Of a stretch of 64,000 bases of DNA, positions 37,733 through 49,037 are shown piece by piece. A program made the translations under genes and the position numbers. A model generated the notes under the pieces. It searched no databases, had not been told where the DNA came from, and saw only the letters and a program-made list of their open reading frames with translations. Each line of letters starts with the position of its first letter. Position 1 is the first letter of the stretch. The stretch is from a virus, in the IMG/VR virus record IMGVR_UViG_3300034375_003182, positions 1 through 64,000 of that record; one strand, written 5' to 3'.

Positions 37733-39949
37733 TTATAGTCCTAATAGTTTTGGATCGTATGTTGTGCTAAAGTAACTTTTTTCTATAGCCTTATACTGAT
37801 TGTGTTTTGGATGATCTTGATTACTCTCTATTTCTCTAAGCTCACTTAAACTGCTTATACCCATTTGAGTTCCAATCAAATTTAGTAAATTATTTTCTAT
37901 GTTAATTAAATTAGTTAACGTGTAGGCAGCTAAAGCTTGTTGTTTTGATGGAAGTTTTTTATGATCAAACGCCATAGGATCTTGTACCATTTGCATAATA
38001 GTGCTCATATCAAATCCTGCTCGAACTAGTGGAGCTAGTTGCTGCTGTTGTTTTTTATTATTAAAGTCAGCAAACGTCATTTCACCATGAATTAAAGCAT
38101 CATAGTCCCCTTCATTACTTTCAAACTGCTGTGAAATTCCTAAACTCTCTGCAATGCTAGACATAAGATCATGATGTTTTGCACCTTCACTAACATTTTT
38201 AGGTTCCACTGTGTAGAATTTACCTTTATAGTTTAATGTTAAAGTTGCCTGCGTGCCTGTAAACATATCGGGCATAGTAAGTCCTGCAAATGTTGCACCG
38301 CCTTCTGTTCCAACGCTTTCTATTATTTCTTCCATATCGTTTGTGCTAGCAAAAGTACCATCTGCTCTCAAAAAGCTAAAGTCATTCATAGATAGTTGGC
38401 CTCTCATCACATTATTTACTTTATTAAGTTCTGAAGAACCTTCAGGTGCAAAAGCTATTCTATCTGAAGTTTTAATTGAAGCTGTATTAGTATGATGCTC
38501 ATATAACTCATCCCCGCCTTTATCTTTATGTATAGTATAATATTGTTCAGCAATCTTTTCAATATTAGCTAAATCATCCTGAGTGTAGTTAGTGCCAAAC
38601 ATGTCATTAATATCATTAATACCTTTTCCTAGTTGAAGCATTAAATTCTTAAGCTCACCTTTACGCCCTAGCATTGGAGATCTTACATTTCTAAAGCTAG
38701 TACGAGTAAATAGAGTGTTATCTGCAGTATAAATAGATCTCTTAACGTCTCCACCAAAAGCTCTATCAGTGCCAAAGAATGATTGATCTGCAACCAACTC
38801 CATAAGCAGTGGTTCTATAACCTGATACTTAGAGTTGTCACCCTTAAATAAACCTTGCATTAGCTTGTAAGCATTTTTTGCATCTTTACCTGCACTCTTC
38901 ATAGAGTTAGCGAACATGTTGGTACGCTTATTAGTTATGTTAGCTAGCTGTATCTGAGCATCTCTTTTCTCTTCATTAGTTTTTGCATCTCGCATTGCAT
39001 TTAACGCTGCAGCATAATCCTTTTCCACTTGCTCGAATGTGCCCATACCTGCATCAATAGCACTGTTACCTGGTAGTACCATTACATTACTAAGATCTCC
39101 AAACCCTGATGCACCGCTTTGCTCTGGAGCCTGCATATAAGAAGGAACCATACCTACCTGCTTCTCAGCTACATCTCTCATGCTTTGTACTATACTGTTG
39201 TATGCTTCTTCTTGACTTAGCCCGTCAAGCTGTGTAAGCTTTTTTAGTTCTTGTTGTCCTTCTGATGTTGATATGTATTCTTCTAGTAAACCTTCAGCTA
39301 TTCTATCAGCTTTAGCACCACTAACACCCGTCCATCTTTCTAGCAGTCCTAAAATATCACTAGGACCTAGTTCTGATCCAGACTTAGCAATGCCTTGTAG
39401 CATCTGTTGCTTCTTAGCATCATAGTCCATCATTAACTCTGTACCACCGTGGTATATATTACGAGTCATAGAACCATCTTCATTTTGATAAAAAGATTTG
39501 TGTGCATCAAAAGCATGCCCAATTATTTCTCCAGTCTCTTCATCTCTAACCACGTTGAAGTCTAGCACTTTTCTACCAGTCTTCATCTCTATCTCACGAG
39601 CAGCTTTTATCTCTGCCTGTCTATTTGCATAAGATTGTGACGCTAGCTTAAGTCCTTCATTCATAGCAAAGTCTTGAGCAATACCATCTACAATAGCACC
39701 AGAGTTTTCGTAGTCTCCTACCATAACTGTGTTTGCCATCTTATCATTTATATCAGCTATAGCATTATCCTTTATATACTGATCGCCACCACCCACTTGA
39801 ACGCCAGCTAAGCTTCTCTCTACTAAGTCATGCTTCTGCTTGTTATTATCATAACGCTGTCTTAGTAATTGATTTACTTGTACACTTTGTGGGTCTACGT
39901 ATTGAGATACATAAGGTGTAAGACTATATTTACTATACTTGTTTGCCAT
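37733..39949 (-). CDS. putative virion cargo protein
   Basis: 738 aa, helical; lies between RNAP and muzzle genes as crAss-like cargo genes do. Confidence 0.65.
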   Translation of the reverse strand: MANKYSKYSLTPYVSQYVDPQSVQVNQLLRQRYDNNKQKHDLVERSLAGVQVGGGDQYIKDNAIADINDKMANTVMVGDYENSGAIVDGIAQDFAMNEGLKLASQSYANRQAEIKAAREIEMKTGRKVLDFNVVRDEETGEIIGHAFDAHKSFYQNEDGSMTRNIYHGGTELMMDYDAKKQQMLQGIAKSGSELGPSDILGLLERWTGVSGAKADRIAEGLLEEYISTSEGQQELKKLTQLDGLSQEEAYNSIVQSMRDVAEKQVGMVPSYMQAPEQSGASGFGDLSNVMVLPGNSAIDAGMGTFEQVEKDYAAALNAMRDAKTNEEKRDAQIQLANITNKRTNMFANSMKSAGKDAKNAYKLMQGLFKGDNSKYQVIEPLLMELVADQSFFGTDRAFGGDVKRSIYTADNTLFTRTSFRNVRSPMLGRKGELKNLMLQLGKGINDINDMFGTNYTQDDLANIEKIAEQYYTIHKDKGGDELYEHHTNTASIKTSDRIAFAPEGSSELNKVNNVMRGQLSMNDFSFLRADGTFASTNDMEEIIESVGTEGGATFAGLTMPDMFTGTQATLTLNYKGKFYTVEPKNVSEGAKHHDLMSSIAESLGISQQFESNEGDYDALIHGEMTFADFNNKKQQQQLAPLVRAGFDMSTIMQMVQDPMAFDHKKLPSKQQALAAYTLTNLINIENNLLNLIGTQMGISSLSELREIESNQDHPKHNQYKAIEKSYFSTTYDPKLLGL

Positions 39950-39951
39950 AA

Positions 39952-42618
39952 TTAAATATATTTTTTAACTCCGCCGTACATAGCGCTTTGTTGCTCTTGC
40001 TGATTCTTAAGCATTTGCATGTAGTAATCCTGAACTGCCTTCTTATACTCTGCACTGCTCGGATCTAGACCAAGACTATCTTGTACCATCTTTCCAATCT
40101 GCTCTCTTGTATATACACCCGTGCCTCCAGAGATAGCTCGTGCTAATCTTTCTTGAGCATCATACTTAAGCCTATCAGTATTCATAGTAGCCATAGATTT
40201 AAACGCATTGTCTAACGCCATCAACTTTCTATCTTCTACTGCAGCATCAGCAGATCTGTTAAACTCATCAGTATACATAGCATTCTTTATGTTGTTTAAT
40301 CTAGCTTGCTGGTTAGCCATCTTAGTTTGCATAGCTATTTGAGCTTCTTGATTACCAATCTCAGTGTTTACTCTAGATTCTTGTGCAGCAATCTTTAAAT
40401 CGCCAGTCTGCTTACGTCCATAAGCTGCCATCTTAGCAATGATACCAGCTGGTCCAATACCACTAGTCTCAATAAATCTGTTCATAGCCCTAGCGTCAGC
40501 TGCATTCTGAGCACGCTCTGTGTTATAACTTACTCTATCTAATCTTTCAGCTCTTATGTTATTAACCTTTCCAGGTTCAGACATGTACTTAGGCTTAGTA
40601 GCAAATGCTGCGGCTGCAGGTATAAGCTGACCTATCTGTGCTGCACTTGTAAGTAGATCACTGTTCTTTAAACCTTTCTTAAACTGATCTTTAAGGTACT
40701 CACCCCTAGGTAATACTCTCTTCTTTTTCTTTTGATTATCATCATCTTTCAAGTCATCAGGCAACACAGCCGGTATTAACTTAATCTCAGACTCTGGAAG
40801 ATCTATCTTATCAATTGTCTTAGGCTCAATATACTCTATAGTCTCTTCTTTTCTTTTATTAGTGTTAGTAGTAGTAGACTTCTTTTCCTCTTTCTTTTCC
40901 TCTTCAGGTTTTACATACACACCATTTTCAGCATCCCATATATACCCCTGATTTATCATATTAAAATGCTCTTCTCTTTGTCTACGAGCTTCATCAGTCA
41001 TAAAACTTTCTGTTTCATCATCCCAGGACACAGGACTGTCTACAGTATTATATGAGGTTTGTGTAAAGTCCATAAACTCTCCTCCCTTATTATACATATT
41101 GTATCCACCTGCTCCTAGTTTTACAGCATTAGGATCTCTACCTGCTTTATCTTCTTGTAGCTTGGCTAGAGCATCAACATCTCTTTGACTTCCACCATTC
41201 TTTAATATCTCTTTATGTCTCTGTGCAAATGACTTACCTCCCATCTTTAAGTGTTGTGAGAAGAAGTAATCTCTTTTACCGCCCTTCTTAGCTATAGTAA
41301 CTTGATCCATAGTCTCTCCACCTTCTACTTCAGTCATAGGATCTACCATGATACCACCCTCATCGTGTGATTGTCCTTTAAACTCTACAGCATCAGATCC
41401 TGGTATAGGATTCATACTACCACCCGGTAGCTGTACACCACCCATTTGATAGTAACCACCATACTTAGCTACATCAGTACCAAAATCAAAGCCTGAATAT
41501 TCTTTAGACTTCATTTCCTCTATTTTTCTTTTTGATGCTAGTTTTCCTAACTCTCTCTTCTTTTTATCTTCAGCTTTTCCTTCTTCTCTTCTAGCTTTAC
41601 CTCTTTGTATAAGTCCTTTACCTAAACCATATATAGCACCACCTACAACACCAGCTGCTGTACCTACAGGTCCTAATGATGATCCCAGTAATGCTGCAGT
41701 TGACATAGCTGCACCAATACCTGTGCCTATACCTGATAGTCCAGATCCAATAGTTTCACCTGTATTCATTGTAGTAGCATCTTGATCATCAGATGCCATC
41801 TTAATACCCTCACCTGCAAGTGATGCAATAGCTCCAACGCCACCCATGCCTATACCTGCTCCTGCTCCGGCAGCAGTGCTAGTTGTAGCCTGTGCTAACT
41901 GGGCAGTTCCTTCTTGTGCAGCTTTCATACCTGCAGTTTGTACACCTGTAACTACTTTAGGTGCTACCTTTTGAAATGCTCCAGGTGCTGCTTGTTCTAA
42001 GGCTGCCTGTGTAGTTTTAGTACCAACTACTTTAGCAGCTTCTTTTGCAGCTAAGTCTTTAGCTTTTTGAGCAGCTTTTTCAATACCCTTTTGTTTAAGC
42101 TTATCAAATACTCCAAGCTTGTCTAGTCCTTTTACACCTTGTGATAGCCCTTGTTCTATACCACTAATAGTAGAAGCTTGCTTTTGAACTTCTGCTTCTG
42201 CTTCATCTTGATACTTTGTAGACTCTTGAGCTTCTTTTAGCTCATCTTCCAATGCTTTTAGTTTAGCAGGGTCTGCTTCCGTGTAAGTAATTGACGCAGT
42301 CTCTGGAGCACCAGGCATGGTATTAGCTCCATACATAGGTGCAGCTCCTAAGCCACCTGCTTGGTAATAACCCATACGCTTCATAAAATCATTCTTGTCA
42401 CTCTTAGGGTATCCGCCTTCCTTTTTTTGATCTACTTTAGGAATGCTTGGAGGAACTGTATATGTGTACTTCTTGGTAGTTTTATTATAAGTAAGAACTG
42501 CGTTCTTTGGTATTCTACCATTAAACCTATTCTGAAGTTTCTTTCTAACAAGTGCTTGATCGTTTGCGCTTACTCTTATTGTGTCGTTACCACCACCATT
42601 ATTATTTTTCTTTGCCAT
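39952..42618 (-). CDS. virion cargo protein with Gly/Ala hydrophobic segment and repeated xxGG motifs
   Basis: 888 aa; GQSHDEGGI..EVEGGET motif typical of crAss-like cargo; TM-like G/A stretch. Confidence 0.7.
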   Translation of the reverse strand: MAKKNNNGGGNDTIRVSANDQALVRKKLQNRFNGRIPKNAVLTYNKTTKKYTYTVPPSIPKVDQKKEGGYPKSDKNDFMKRMGYYQAGGLGAAPMYGANTMPGAPETASITYTEADPAKLKALEDELKEAQESTKYQDEAEAEVQKQASTISGIEQGLSQGVKGLDKLGVFDKLKQKGIEKAAQKAKDLAAKEAAKVVGTKTTQAALEQAAPGAFQKVAPKVVTGVQTAGMKAAQEGTAQLAQATTSTAAGAGAGIGMGGVGAIASLAGEGIKMASDDQDATTMNTGETIGSGLSGIGTGIGAAMSTAALLGSSLGPVGTAAGVVGGAIYGLGKGLIQRGKARREEGKAEDKKKRELGKLASKRKIEEMKSKEYSGFDFGTDVAKYGGYYQMGGVQLPGGSMNPIPGSDAVEFKGQSHDEGGIMVDPMTEVEGGETMDQVTIAKKGGKRDYFFSQHLKMGGKSFAQRHKEILKNGGSQRDVDALAKLQEDKAGRDPNAVKLGAGGYNMYNKGGEFMDFTQTSYNTVDSPVSWDDETESFMTDEARRQREEHFNMINQGYIWDAENGVYVKPEEEKKEEKKSTTTNTNKRKEETIEYIEPKTIDKIDLPESEIKLIPAVLPDDLKDDDNQKKKKRVLPRGEYLKDQFKKGLKNSDLLTSAAQIGQLIPAAAAFATKPKYMSEPGKVNNIRAERLDRVSYNTERAQNAADARAMNRFIETSGIGPAGIIAKMAAYGRKQTGDLKIAAQESRVNTEIGNQEAQIAMQTKMANQQARLNNIKNAMYTDEFNRSADAAVEDRKLMALDNAFKSMATMNTDRLKYDAQERLARAISGGTGVYTREQIGKMVQDSLGLDPSSAEYKKAVQDYYMQMLKNQQEQQSAMYGGVKKYI

Positions 42619-42620
42619 AA

Positions 42621-45600
42621 CTATCTATAGAATTTTTTTGCAGCCACTTCGGTGGAATACAAATTTATTAATTTTTTTGTAATATTGTCGTATTTTAAGC
42701 GAATTCCTATCCATTTATCTGAGAACTTACGTTGATTGTTCCACACTTTTCCTGCATCTATAAAAGCATTGTTTACAGTTTCGCTCATGCCGTCTATGTT
42801 AAACATGGGTGAAATGGTTCCAGAAGTTAAACTACTTGTTATATTTGTACCCGCAACACTTGCACCTGGTACGCCAAAGTTAGATCCTGCTCCTGCGGCT
42901 ACTGGTGTGTTTACCAAGGCTGCCATATCCCTAAACTTATTTATTTTCCATGCATTACCTATGCGTCTAGTGTTTATCATATACTCTATATCTAGTTCTC
43001 CAGATATTTGATGAGTATCATAAACATAGAAACTACTAAAGCCTTGATCATGTATCAAAACATTATTAGTATTATATACATCTATCATGTACTCAAAGCT
43101 ATAAAAAGTCTTATCTAAGTTTTTACCTGAGTTATATATAAACTCAAACTCTGATGCATAGTCTGTACCATAAAACTTTCCTCTGTTAAGCTCATCATTA
43201 TGTACCCATATACCTGTAGACCCTTCAGTAAATGAAGCTAACTCGTCTGCAGATCTAGTATATTTGTAAGGCACATAATCGTGGAATGATACCCACACAT
43301 TTAGTTCTACATCATATGATACAGTCCAACCTGAGTTCTTAAAGAATGTAAAATTATCAAATTTTATTATAAGACCACCTTGTCTAAATCTATGGATACT
43401 AGAATCATATATAATATTACCTAAATTATATTGATTTATAAAAGTTTTAGTAGGTTTTAAATCTCTCTTAGTTAGTATTACCCTGTCATATCTCTCATCA
43501 TACATTGCATGAAAACCTATACCAATAATAGGATTATCAAAGTAACTAGTATCTAAACCGTATTGCTCTAATGCAAATGGAATATTATCTTGAAACCATG
43601 ACTCTAACCCGGTCTTGCCTATGTCATACAGCTGATCTTTAAACATAAACACTCTACGATTTCTATAGTCCATAGTAAAGTATCCGTGCTTAGTCACCAT
43701 ACATACCCACTGTGATTGTGTACCTCCATAACCAAACTTTGTTTGTATAACCTCATCCGGGTCTTGTGTAAATATATCACCACTACCTACAAAAGACTCT
43801 GTACCATCTGACATTTGTAGTGATTGTTTACCCTTAGTTCTAAATAAACTATCTGTTGTATGTAAGTATAGTAAGTTATTAAGACTTATAAGCTTCCATA
43901 AATCACCTCTGTTACGTGGTAAGTCTTTGAATTGTAATGCTAAGTGTACACGATAGTTATCTATAAGACTTGAGTTGTCAGCTTTTGCAGATCTTTGTAC
44001 TCTTGTTTTAAATATGCTAGGATCAGACTCTCTTAATGGGTATGGTATAGCAGGCTTTATATCTGCAATGCCCAAAGAGAATGATTCATCATATTTCATA
44101 TTATCTTTCTTAGTAAGATCTATTTCAGCTTTTAGTGCTAATATTTTTCTTGCTGGAGATCCTGGAAAATATGAGCTATCTTTATCTGTTTCGTGTCTAA
44201 AGTTTATGTTATCTGTAGATTCACATATTGTATAAAGTATAGATTTATGATCTCTAGGGTTTGTACCAGCTACTTCAGGCCTGTGTGTTATACGATACCC
44301 ATGTCTACATATAAAAGTATCTCCTCCAAATATATCTCCTGTATTGTGAGTAGCTCCCACAGTAGATGTATTATCATCTTCAACAGTGTAGTTAGCTAAA
44401 TTATCAACGCCAAGTACTTCAAAACCTGTCCACACTAATTCTTGTGTATCATAAGAAAGATACATATCTGTTTTAAATGCATTAAGATTATGCAATTCCA
44501 GTCTAGGCATAGTATGATTCTCATATGAAAATCCTTGACCAGACGCAGGAGTTTGGTGCCATACGGCTCCTCCACCTGCCGGAGTAAAATTATAAATAGG
44601 GGTTCTACTAGGATTATATGCTAACAGTATAGAACTTTCACCTCCTATATTATATATCCTTTTACCAAAACCTATTCCTCTACCATCATATATAGAGTCA
44701 CCATTTAAGTATGTTTTACATTTTTCTCTCAATGGAAAGTGTTGGAATGGTTGATTATTAGCTGTAAAATTAAAATAGTCTGTTCCTATATGCAGAGCAG
44801 GATAACTCATCCCTAATAGACATTCATCTCCTATATCATCAGTCACATCTGCATATCTATCACCTGGACCTAAAAATGATCTTACATCTACAAAATATTC
44901 TTTACTAGTATGAGTTGCTGGAACTAAACTATTTCTTCTGTTTAATAAATAAAAATCATGAAAAGTAGCTGTATTAACAGTTCCGTCATATAAAGATCCT
45001 GCAGATAATATAAAATCTTCAGTAGATCCATTACCGCTTATAGAAGTATTACCAGTACCACATCCTGCAATATCCCAACCATCAGCATCATTAGCTCTTT
45101 TTATAAGATCCTGACCTAGTACTCTTCTATTCTCATGCTTCCTTTCTGCATAGTATATCCTAAATCCTTGTACTTTATCTGCTATAGTTTTTGGTATTTT
45201 TATATCCTGAAGTCTTATTCCTAGTGCTTGTACTTCATGTGATATAAAACCGTTTTGTGTAACAGCTGGGTATGTAACCTGCCAAACAAATATTGCATAG
45301 TTTGTTTGTCCTGGTACTTCATCCTCTCCATCACCTCCACTACCATACTCAGTATAAGGTTCACTAGGTGGAGTTTGATCTATCCTAACCTGATCTGTTC
45401 CAGGCAAGTACTCTGTAACAATTGCGCTGGTTCCACCTGAAGTATTGATACTACCATCAGGACCATCTGCAAACATGTAGTATCCTGTTACACCTTCTAA
45501 ACTTTGGCTAGGAGCTTGATATTGCCAATTACTATAGTTACCAAAAACTCCTGATATATAATTAAAAGCATTATCATATCCTACAGGCCATCCAGATTCA

Positions 45601-47519
45601 TTGTTTGCGCTATAATCAAAGCTTGTTATACATGTTGTACTATGAGTGCCGTGATTCATTAGAAGATTATCATTAGACTGACCTGACCCAGCTCCGTTCT
45701 CTACACCCCCTTGTGCACTCCCTCCTGGAGTATTAGGGTTACAATCACCAACTGCAAAGTAATAAGTCTCAGTATAAGTGTCTGCAGAAGGTATAAAAGT
45801 TCCTGTATTACCAGCTATTACTTCTCTACCACTATTAGTATTACAAGGCATATGGTGGTGCCTAACATTACTACCTTTAAGATCTTCTACTATAACTCCA
45901 GGATTATTAGCGTCAATCATTTCATAGTCATCCGTACTAGGATAGAATTCATTTCTGTTTTCCCAAAAATTTGTGTTTCTATTACCAAATATAGAAAAGT
46001 CATAAAAGTGAAATAGCTTACCTTGTCCTTGTGTTAAGTCTGTTAAGTCTGGATCATTTACATCATCATCCTCATTTACAGTTAATCCATTCAAAAACGA
46101 TACGCCCGTGTTTGGGTCTTGATCTACTTTTCTAACTTGAGATCCTGTTTGATTTGTAAGTCTTGATCTACCTGGTATGTGGTAAGCATATGACATGCTA
46201 CCATCATTTAATACGAATGATATATAAAATGCATACACTTCATCTCTTGTATATCCTTTCTTGTTTTGATTTCTAGATGAAAGATTATCTATATCTCTAA
46301 AACCCATGTTCTTTACTATTGATGGGTCAGGCTCTGTATCTAAATACCCATAGTCTAAGTTATCAGCCGTTAACTCATAAGAATCAAAAGGGTCTAGCGG
46401 GTCAGAAACTGTTGTCGTAAGCTTAATAAAGTTAGCATATTTCTGATAGCCTATATCTTTAGTGCCTGCAAGGTTACCTAAATAGAGTATACTATCTAAT
46501 TGTGTCAATGTCTTAGCAGTATCATAAGCCACAGTATCTATAATCGCTTCTTCTACTGATGAAGACTGGTAGCCTTCTAAACCTGAAAACACTATAGTTC
46601 CTGTATTACCGCTTACATCTACATCATTAAGTTTAAAAGCAAACTCAGCGGGAGCGCCTTCTTTATCTAACGTTCTATGTACTACTATAGGTCTAAGAAA
46701 TTCATAATCTGTATTTAGATTAGTTACATTCCAAACAATACTTTTTCCTGTTTGTGTATCTGGCTCGCAGCCATCATACCTTTCTATGGGCCTAACACTC
46801 TCATCATCTTCCACAATGGGTACCGTCAATGAATAAGACACAAAGTTTGTTTGTGTAAAGTTTTTATCTACATACGCTAAAAATAAAGTATATGTTCCTG
46901 ACTTTAATGCGCCGCCATTAGCTATTCTGGTAAAAGATATGCTAGGCACAGGGCCTGCATGTGGAAACAAATTAAGCCTATCTATGTAATTTTTGTTAGG
47001 AGATGTAAAAGGATTTACACCATATATTCTAGCGGTAGTGCTTTCGTTTATTTGTCTTGTAATATTTAGTGATCTAGGAGGATTATTATTATCTGTCCAG
47101 TATACTATAAGATTGTTATCTGGATCAAACTTATATGTTCCTTCTATAGGGTAATCCCAACTAAATTTTAAATCAAAGTCTGCATCACTACCCCCAGCAT
47201 TTATTGGGTGAGCAGGGTTAATTACAGGCTCAGTTCTTAATACAAGATTTACAGAATCTGTACTAGCAGCATAGATATATATGTGATGAACATCACTATT
47301 ATCTGTAGTAAATAGAACTACAGTATCATCTGTAACTTCAATACTACCTATAACTTTATGTCCATTTGCTATAGCTGAGTTAACACTTATGTTACCAGGC
47401 TCATTAGATAATGCACCAGCAGTTTCATTAGATAGCATATTCTTAGCATATCTGTATGATCCTTCTGGCTGATCTACTGGAGCTGTGTCTTTATTTAATC
47501 CTTTTATATACTTAGCCAT
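42621..47519 (-). CDS. tail muzzle / stabilisation protein
   Basis: 1632 aa, beta-rich; KGLNKD..P, YWTDNNNPPR, WVSFHDY motifs and position match crAss-like muzzle proteins. Confidence 0.8.
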   Translation of the reverse strand: MAKYIKGLNKDTAPVDQPEGSYRYAKNMLSNETAGALSNEPGNISVNSAIANGHKVIGSIEVTDDTVVLFTTDNSDVHHIYIYAASTDSVNLVLRTEPVINPAHPINAGGSDADFDLKFSWDYPIEGTYKFDPDNNLIVYWTDNNNPPRSLNITRQINESTTARIYGVNPFTSPNKNYIDRLNLFPHAGPVPSISFTRIANGGALKSGTYTLFLAYVDKNFTQTNFVSYSLTVPIVEDDESVRPIERYDGCEPDTQTGKSIVWNVTNLNTDYEFLRPIVVHRTLDKEGAPAEFAFKLNDVDVSGNTGTIVFSGLEGYQSSSVEEAIIDTVAYDTAKTLTQLDSILYLGNLAGTKDIGYQKYANFIKLTTTVSDPLDPFDSYELTADNLDYGYLDTEPDPSIVKNMGFRDIDNLSSRNQNKKGYTRDEVYAFYISFVLNDGSMSYAYHIPGRSRLTNQTGSQVRKVDQDPNTGVSFLNGLTVNEDDDVNDPDLTDLTQGQGKLFHFYDFSIFGNRNTNFWENRNEFYPSTDDYEMIDANNPGVIVEDLKGSNVRHHHMPCNTNSGREVIAGNTGTFIPSADTYTETYYFAVGDCNPNTPGGSAQGGVENGAGSGQSNDNLLMNHGTHSTTCITSFDYSANNESGWPVGYDNAFNYISGVFGNYSNWQYQAPSQSLEGVTGYYMFADGPDGSINTSGGTSAIVTEYLPGTDQVRIDQTPPSEPYTEYGSGGDGEDEVPGQTNYAIFVWQVTYPAVTQNGFISHEVQALGIRLQDIKIPKTIADKVQGFRIYYAERKHENRRVLGQDLIKRANDADGWDIAGCGTGNTSISGNGSTEDFILSAGSLYDGTVNTATFHDFYLLNRRNSLVPATHTSKEYFVDVRSFLGPGDRYADVTDDIGDECLLGMSYPALHIGTDYFNFTANNQPFQHFPLREKCKTYLNGDSIYDGRGIGFGKRIYNIGGESSILLAYNPSRTPIYNFTPAGGGAVWHQTPASGQGFSYENHTMPRLELHNLNAFKTDMYLSYDTQELVWTGFEVLGVDNLANYTVEDDNTSTVGATHNTGDIFGGDTFICRHGYRITHRPEVAGTNPRDHKSILYTICESTDNINFRHETDKDSSYFPGSPARKILALKAEIDLTKKDNMKYDESFSLGIADIKPAIPYPLRESDPSIFKTRVQRSAKADNSSLIDNYRVHLALQFKDLPRNRGDLWKLISLNNLLYLHTTDSLFRTKGKQSLQMSDGTESFVGSGDIFTQDPDEVIQTKFGYGGTQSQWVCMVTKHGYFTMDYRNRRVFMFKDQLYDIGKTGLESWFQDNIPFALEQYGLDTSYFDNPIIGIGFHAMYDERYDRVILTKRDLKPTKTFINQYNLGNIIYDSSIHRFRQGGLIIKFDNFTFFKNSGWTVSYDVELNVWVSFHDYVPYKYTRSADELASFTEGSTGIWVHNDELNRGKFYGTDYASEFEFIYNSGKNLDKTFYSFEYMIDVYNTNNVLIHDQGFSSFYVYDTHQISGELDIEYMINTRRIGNAWKINKFRDMAALVNTPVAAGAGSNFGVPGASVAGTNITSSLTSGTISPMFNIDGMSETVNNAFIDAGKVWNNQRKFSDKWIGIRLKYDNITKKLINLYSTEVAAKKFYR

Positions 47520-48469
47520 TAACCTCTATATAAAGTTTCTCTTTCATTTAATTCTTCAAAGAAACATGCGTGCCTATTAATATCTGGTACAAGTCTAACC
47601 CATTGATTCATATAAGACTCGTATTTTTCTATGTCTGGGTAGTTAGCTGCATTTCTAGCTTGAGTACAATAGTACTGCCATTTCTGATCTGCAAAGTTAT
47701 AATCTATCTTATTGTTAGGCTTGTCGTATCCACCTAATAACATTTGTTTGTATATATACCAGAACATAGCTTCTTTATAACTTATGTCATCTGGCACCAT
47801 TGGAAAACAATCATCATCTATTGGAAATGCTGTATAGCTTATACAAACTTTACCAGAAGCAAAAGATGTTTTTATATAATCACAATCCACTATATAACTA
47901 GATATGTGGTTTGAGTATTCATTTACGCAATCGTCACAGTGCATAGATTTATGGAAGGTGCTAGCACTATAGCTCAAAGGCTGTAGGCCCACACCTCCAT
48001 TATCAGTATTAAAAAATATCCCCTCTAAAACGGTTATCCTACTGATTAGTTCTCTTAGTTCTGCTACGTTAGCTTTATATTGTGTGTCATATACATTCAA
48101 GTCTGCATTGGTAATACTGCTACTATTTGCAACATCATCCTCAAGAGTGCTATTATATTCTGCTATTTCAGCTCGTAGTTTACGAACCTGCTCTGTCAAT
48201 ACATCTAACTCCTCACTTGCTTCAGGAGTAGAACTTGTACTGATAGCTACTTGATTTATAAAATACAAGTCGCCTGGTAAACATGCTTTGTGATCTTCAA
48301 TAGTAAGAACACACTGCTTCTGACACAGCTGTGAAGCTGCACCTATATGCTCTAAAGCTTCTCCCATCCACTCTATTGCATCATCTATCCATTCATCCCC
48401 AGTAGGCTTCAAATCTCTGAAAACCTTTCTAATAATCATCTTACTTGATATGTTCTTATATACTGCCAT
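47519..48469 (-). CDS. tail ring (tubular) protein
   Basis: IEWMGEALEHIG...DDCFPMVPDDISYKEAMFWYI; immediately precedes the muzzle gene. Confidence 0.7.
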   Translation of the reverse strand: MAVYKNISSKMIIRKVFRDLKPTGDEWIDDAIEWMGEALEHIGAASQLCQKQCVLTIEDHKACLPGDLYFINQVAISTSSTPEASEELDVLTEQVRKLRAEIAEYNSTLEDDVANSSSITNADLNVYDTQYKANVAELRELISRITVLEGIFFNTDNGGVGLQPLSYSASTFHKSMHCDDCVNEYSNHISSYIVDCDYIKTSFASGKVCISYTAFPIDDDCFPMVPDDISYKEAMFWYIYKQMLLGGYDKPNNKIDYNFADQKWQYYCTQARNAANYPDIEKYESYMNQWVRLVPDINRHACFFEELNERETLYRG

Positions 48470-48471
48470 GT

Positions 48472-48744
48472 TTATCTCCAGTTACTACAGCTACCACAGT
48501 TCCATGCACGTAGCGATTTATTAATTCTTGAATTAGGATCTCTTTGACCTTTAGCTCCTGTACGCTTAGATTTCATACCGCACATTCTACTACAGAAGCT
48601 AGAACGTCTTTTGTTTCCCTTCTTCTTACTAGGAGCTTTCAAGTTACCTCCTGTTGATCTATTGTAAGAAGCTCTACCTGCAGCGTTTAATCCGCCGCTA
48701 GGGTTCTTGCCTGCTTTTCTTGTCCATGCCGCTGTCTTTGCCAT
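48472..48744 (-). CDS. small basic protein (DUF6321-like)
   Basis: AWTRKAGKNPSGGLNAAGR...RRSSFCSRM...SRINKSLRAWNC, a family seen in aquatic phages. Confidence 0.75.
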   Translation of the reverse strand: MAKTAAWTRKAGKNPSGGLNAAGRASYNRSTGGNLKAPSKKKGNKRRSSFCSRMCGMKSKRTGAKGQRDPNSRINKSLRAWNCGSCSNWR

Positions 48745-48746
48745 AA

Positions 48747-49037
48747 TTATATTCTTGCTGGTCCAGGTAATATAAATCCACCACCCTTTGCACGTTTAAC
48801 TTTCTTTTTCTTTTTATATCTACTAACTCTACCTTTAGTATTCTTCTCTTTCTGCGCTGCTGCTTTCTCAGATTTTGACAATTCAGACCATGTAGATGGT
48901 GTATCCTTAGATATACGTCTAGTAGGTCTAAATGTATTTTCACCTTTAGAGTAATCCTTCTTACCACTAGGTGTTGTCCACTTCTCTTTAAACCAACGCT
49001 TTAATCTAGCGCCTGCAGCAGTCTTTCTTACAGCCAT
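48747..49037 (-). CDS. small basic protein (DUF5872-like)
   Basis: LKRWFKEKW...RPTRRISKDTPSTWSELS. Confidence 0.7.
   Translation of the reverse strand: MAVRKTAAGARLKRWFKEKWTTPSGKKDYSKGENTFRPTRRISKDTPSTWSELSKSEKAAAQKEKNTKGRVSRYKKKKKVKRAKGGGFILPGPARI

Noticed and set aside
19574-38495. Numerous 60-180-aa plus-strand ORFs opposite the giant genes
   Set aside because: Antisense shadow ORFs caused by codon bias of the real minus-strand genes
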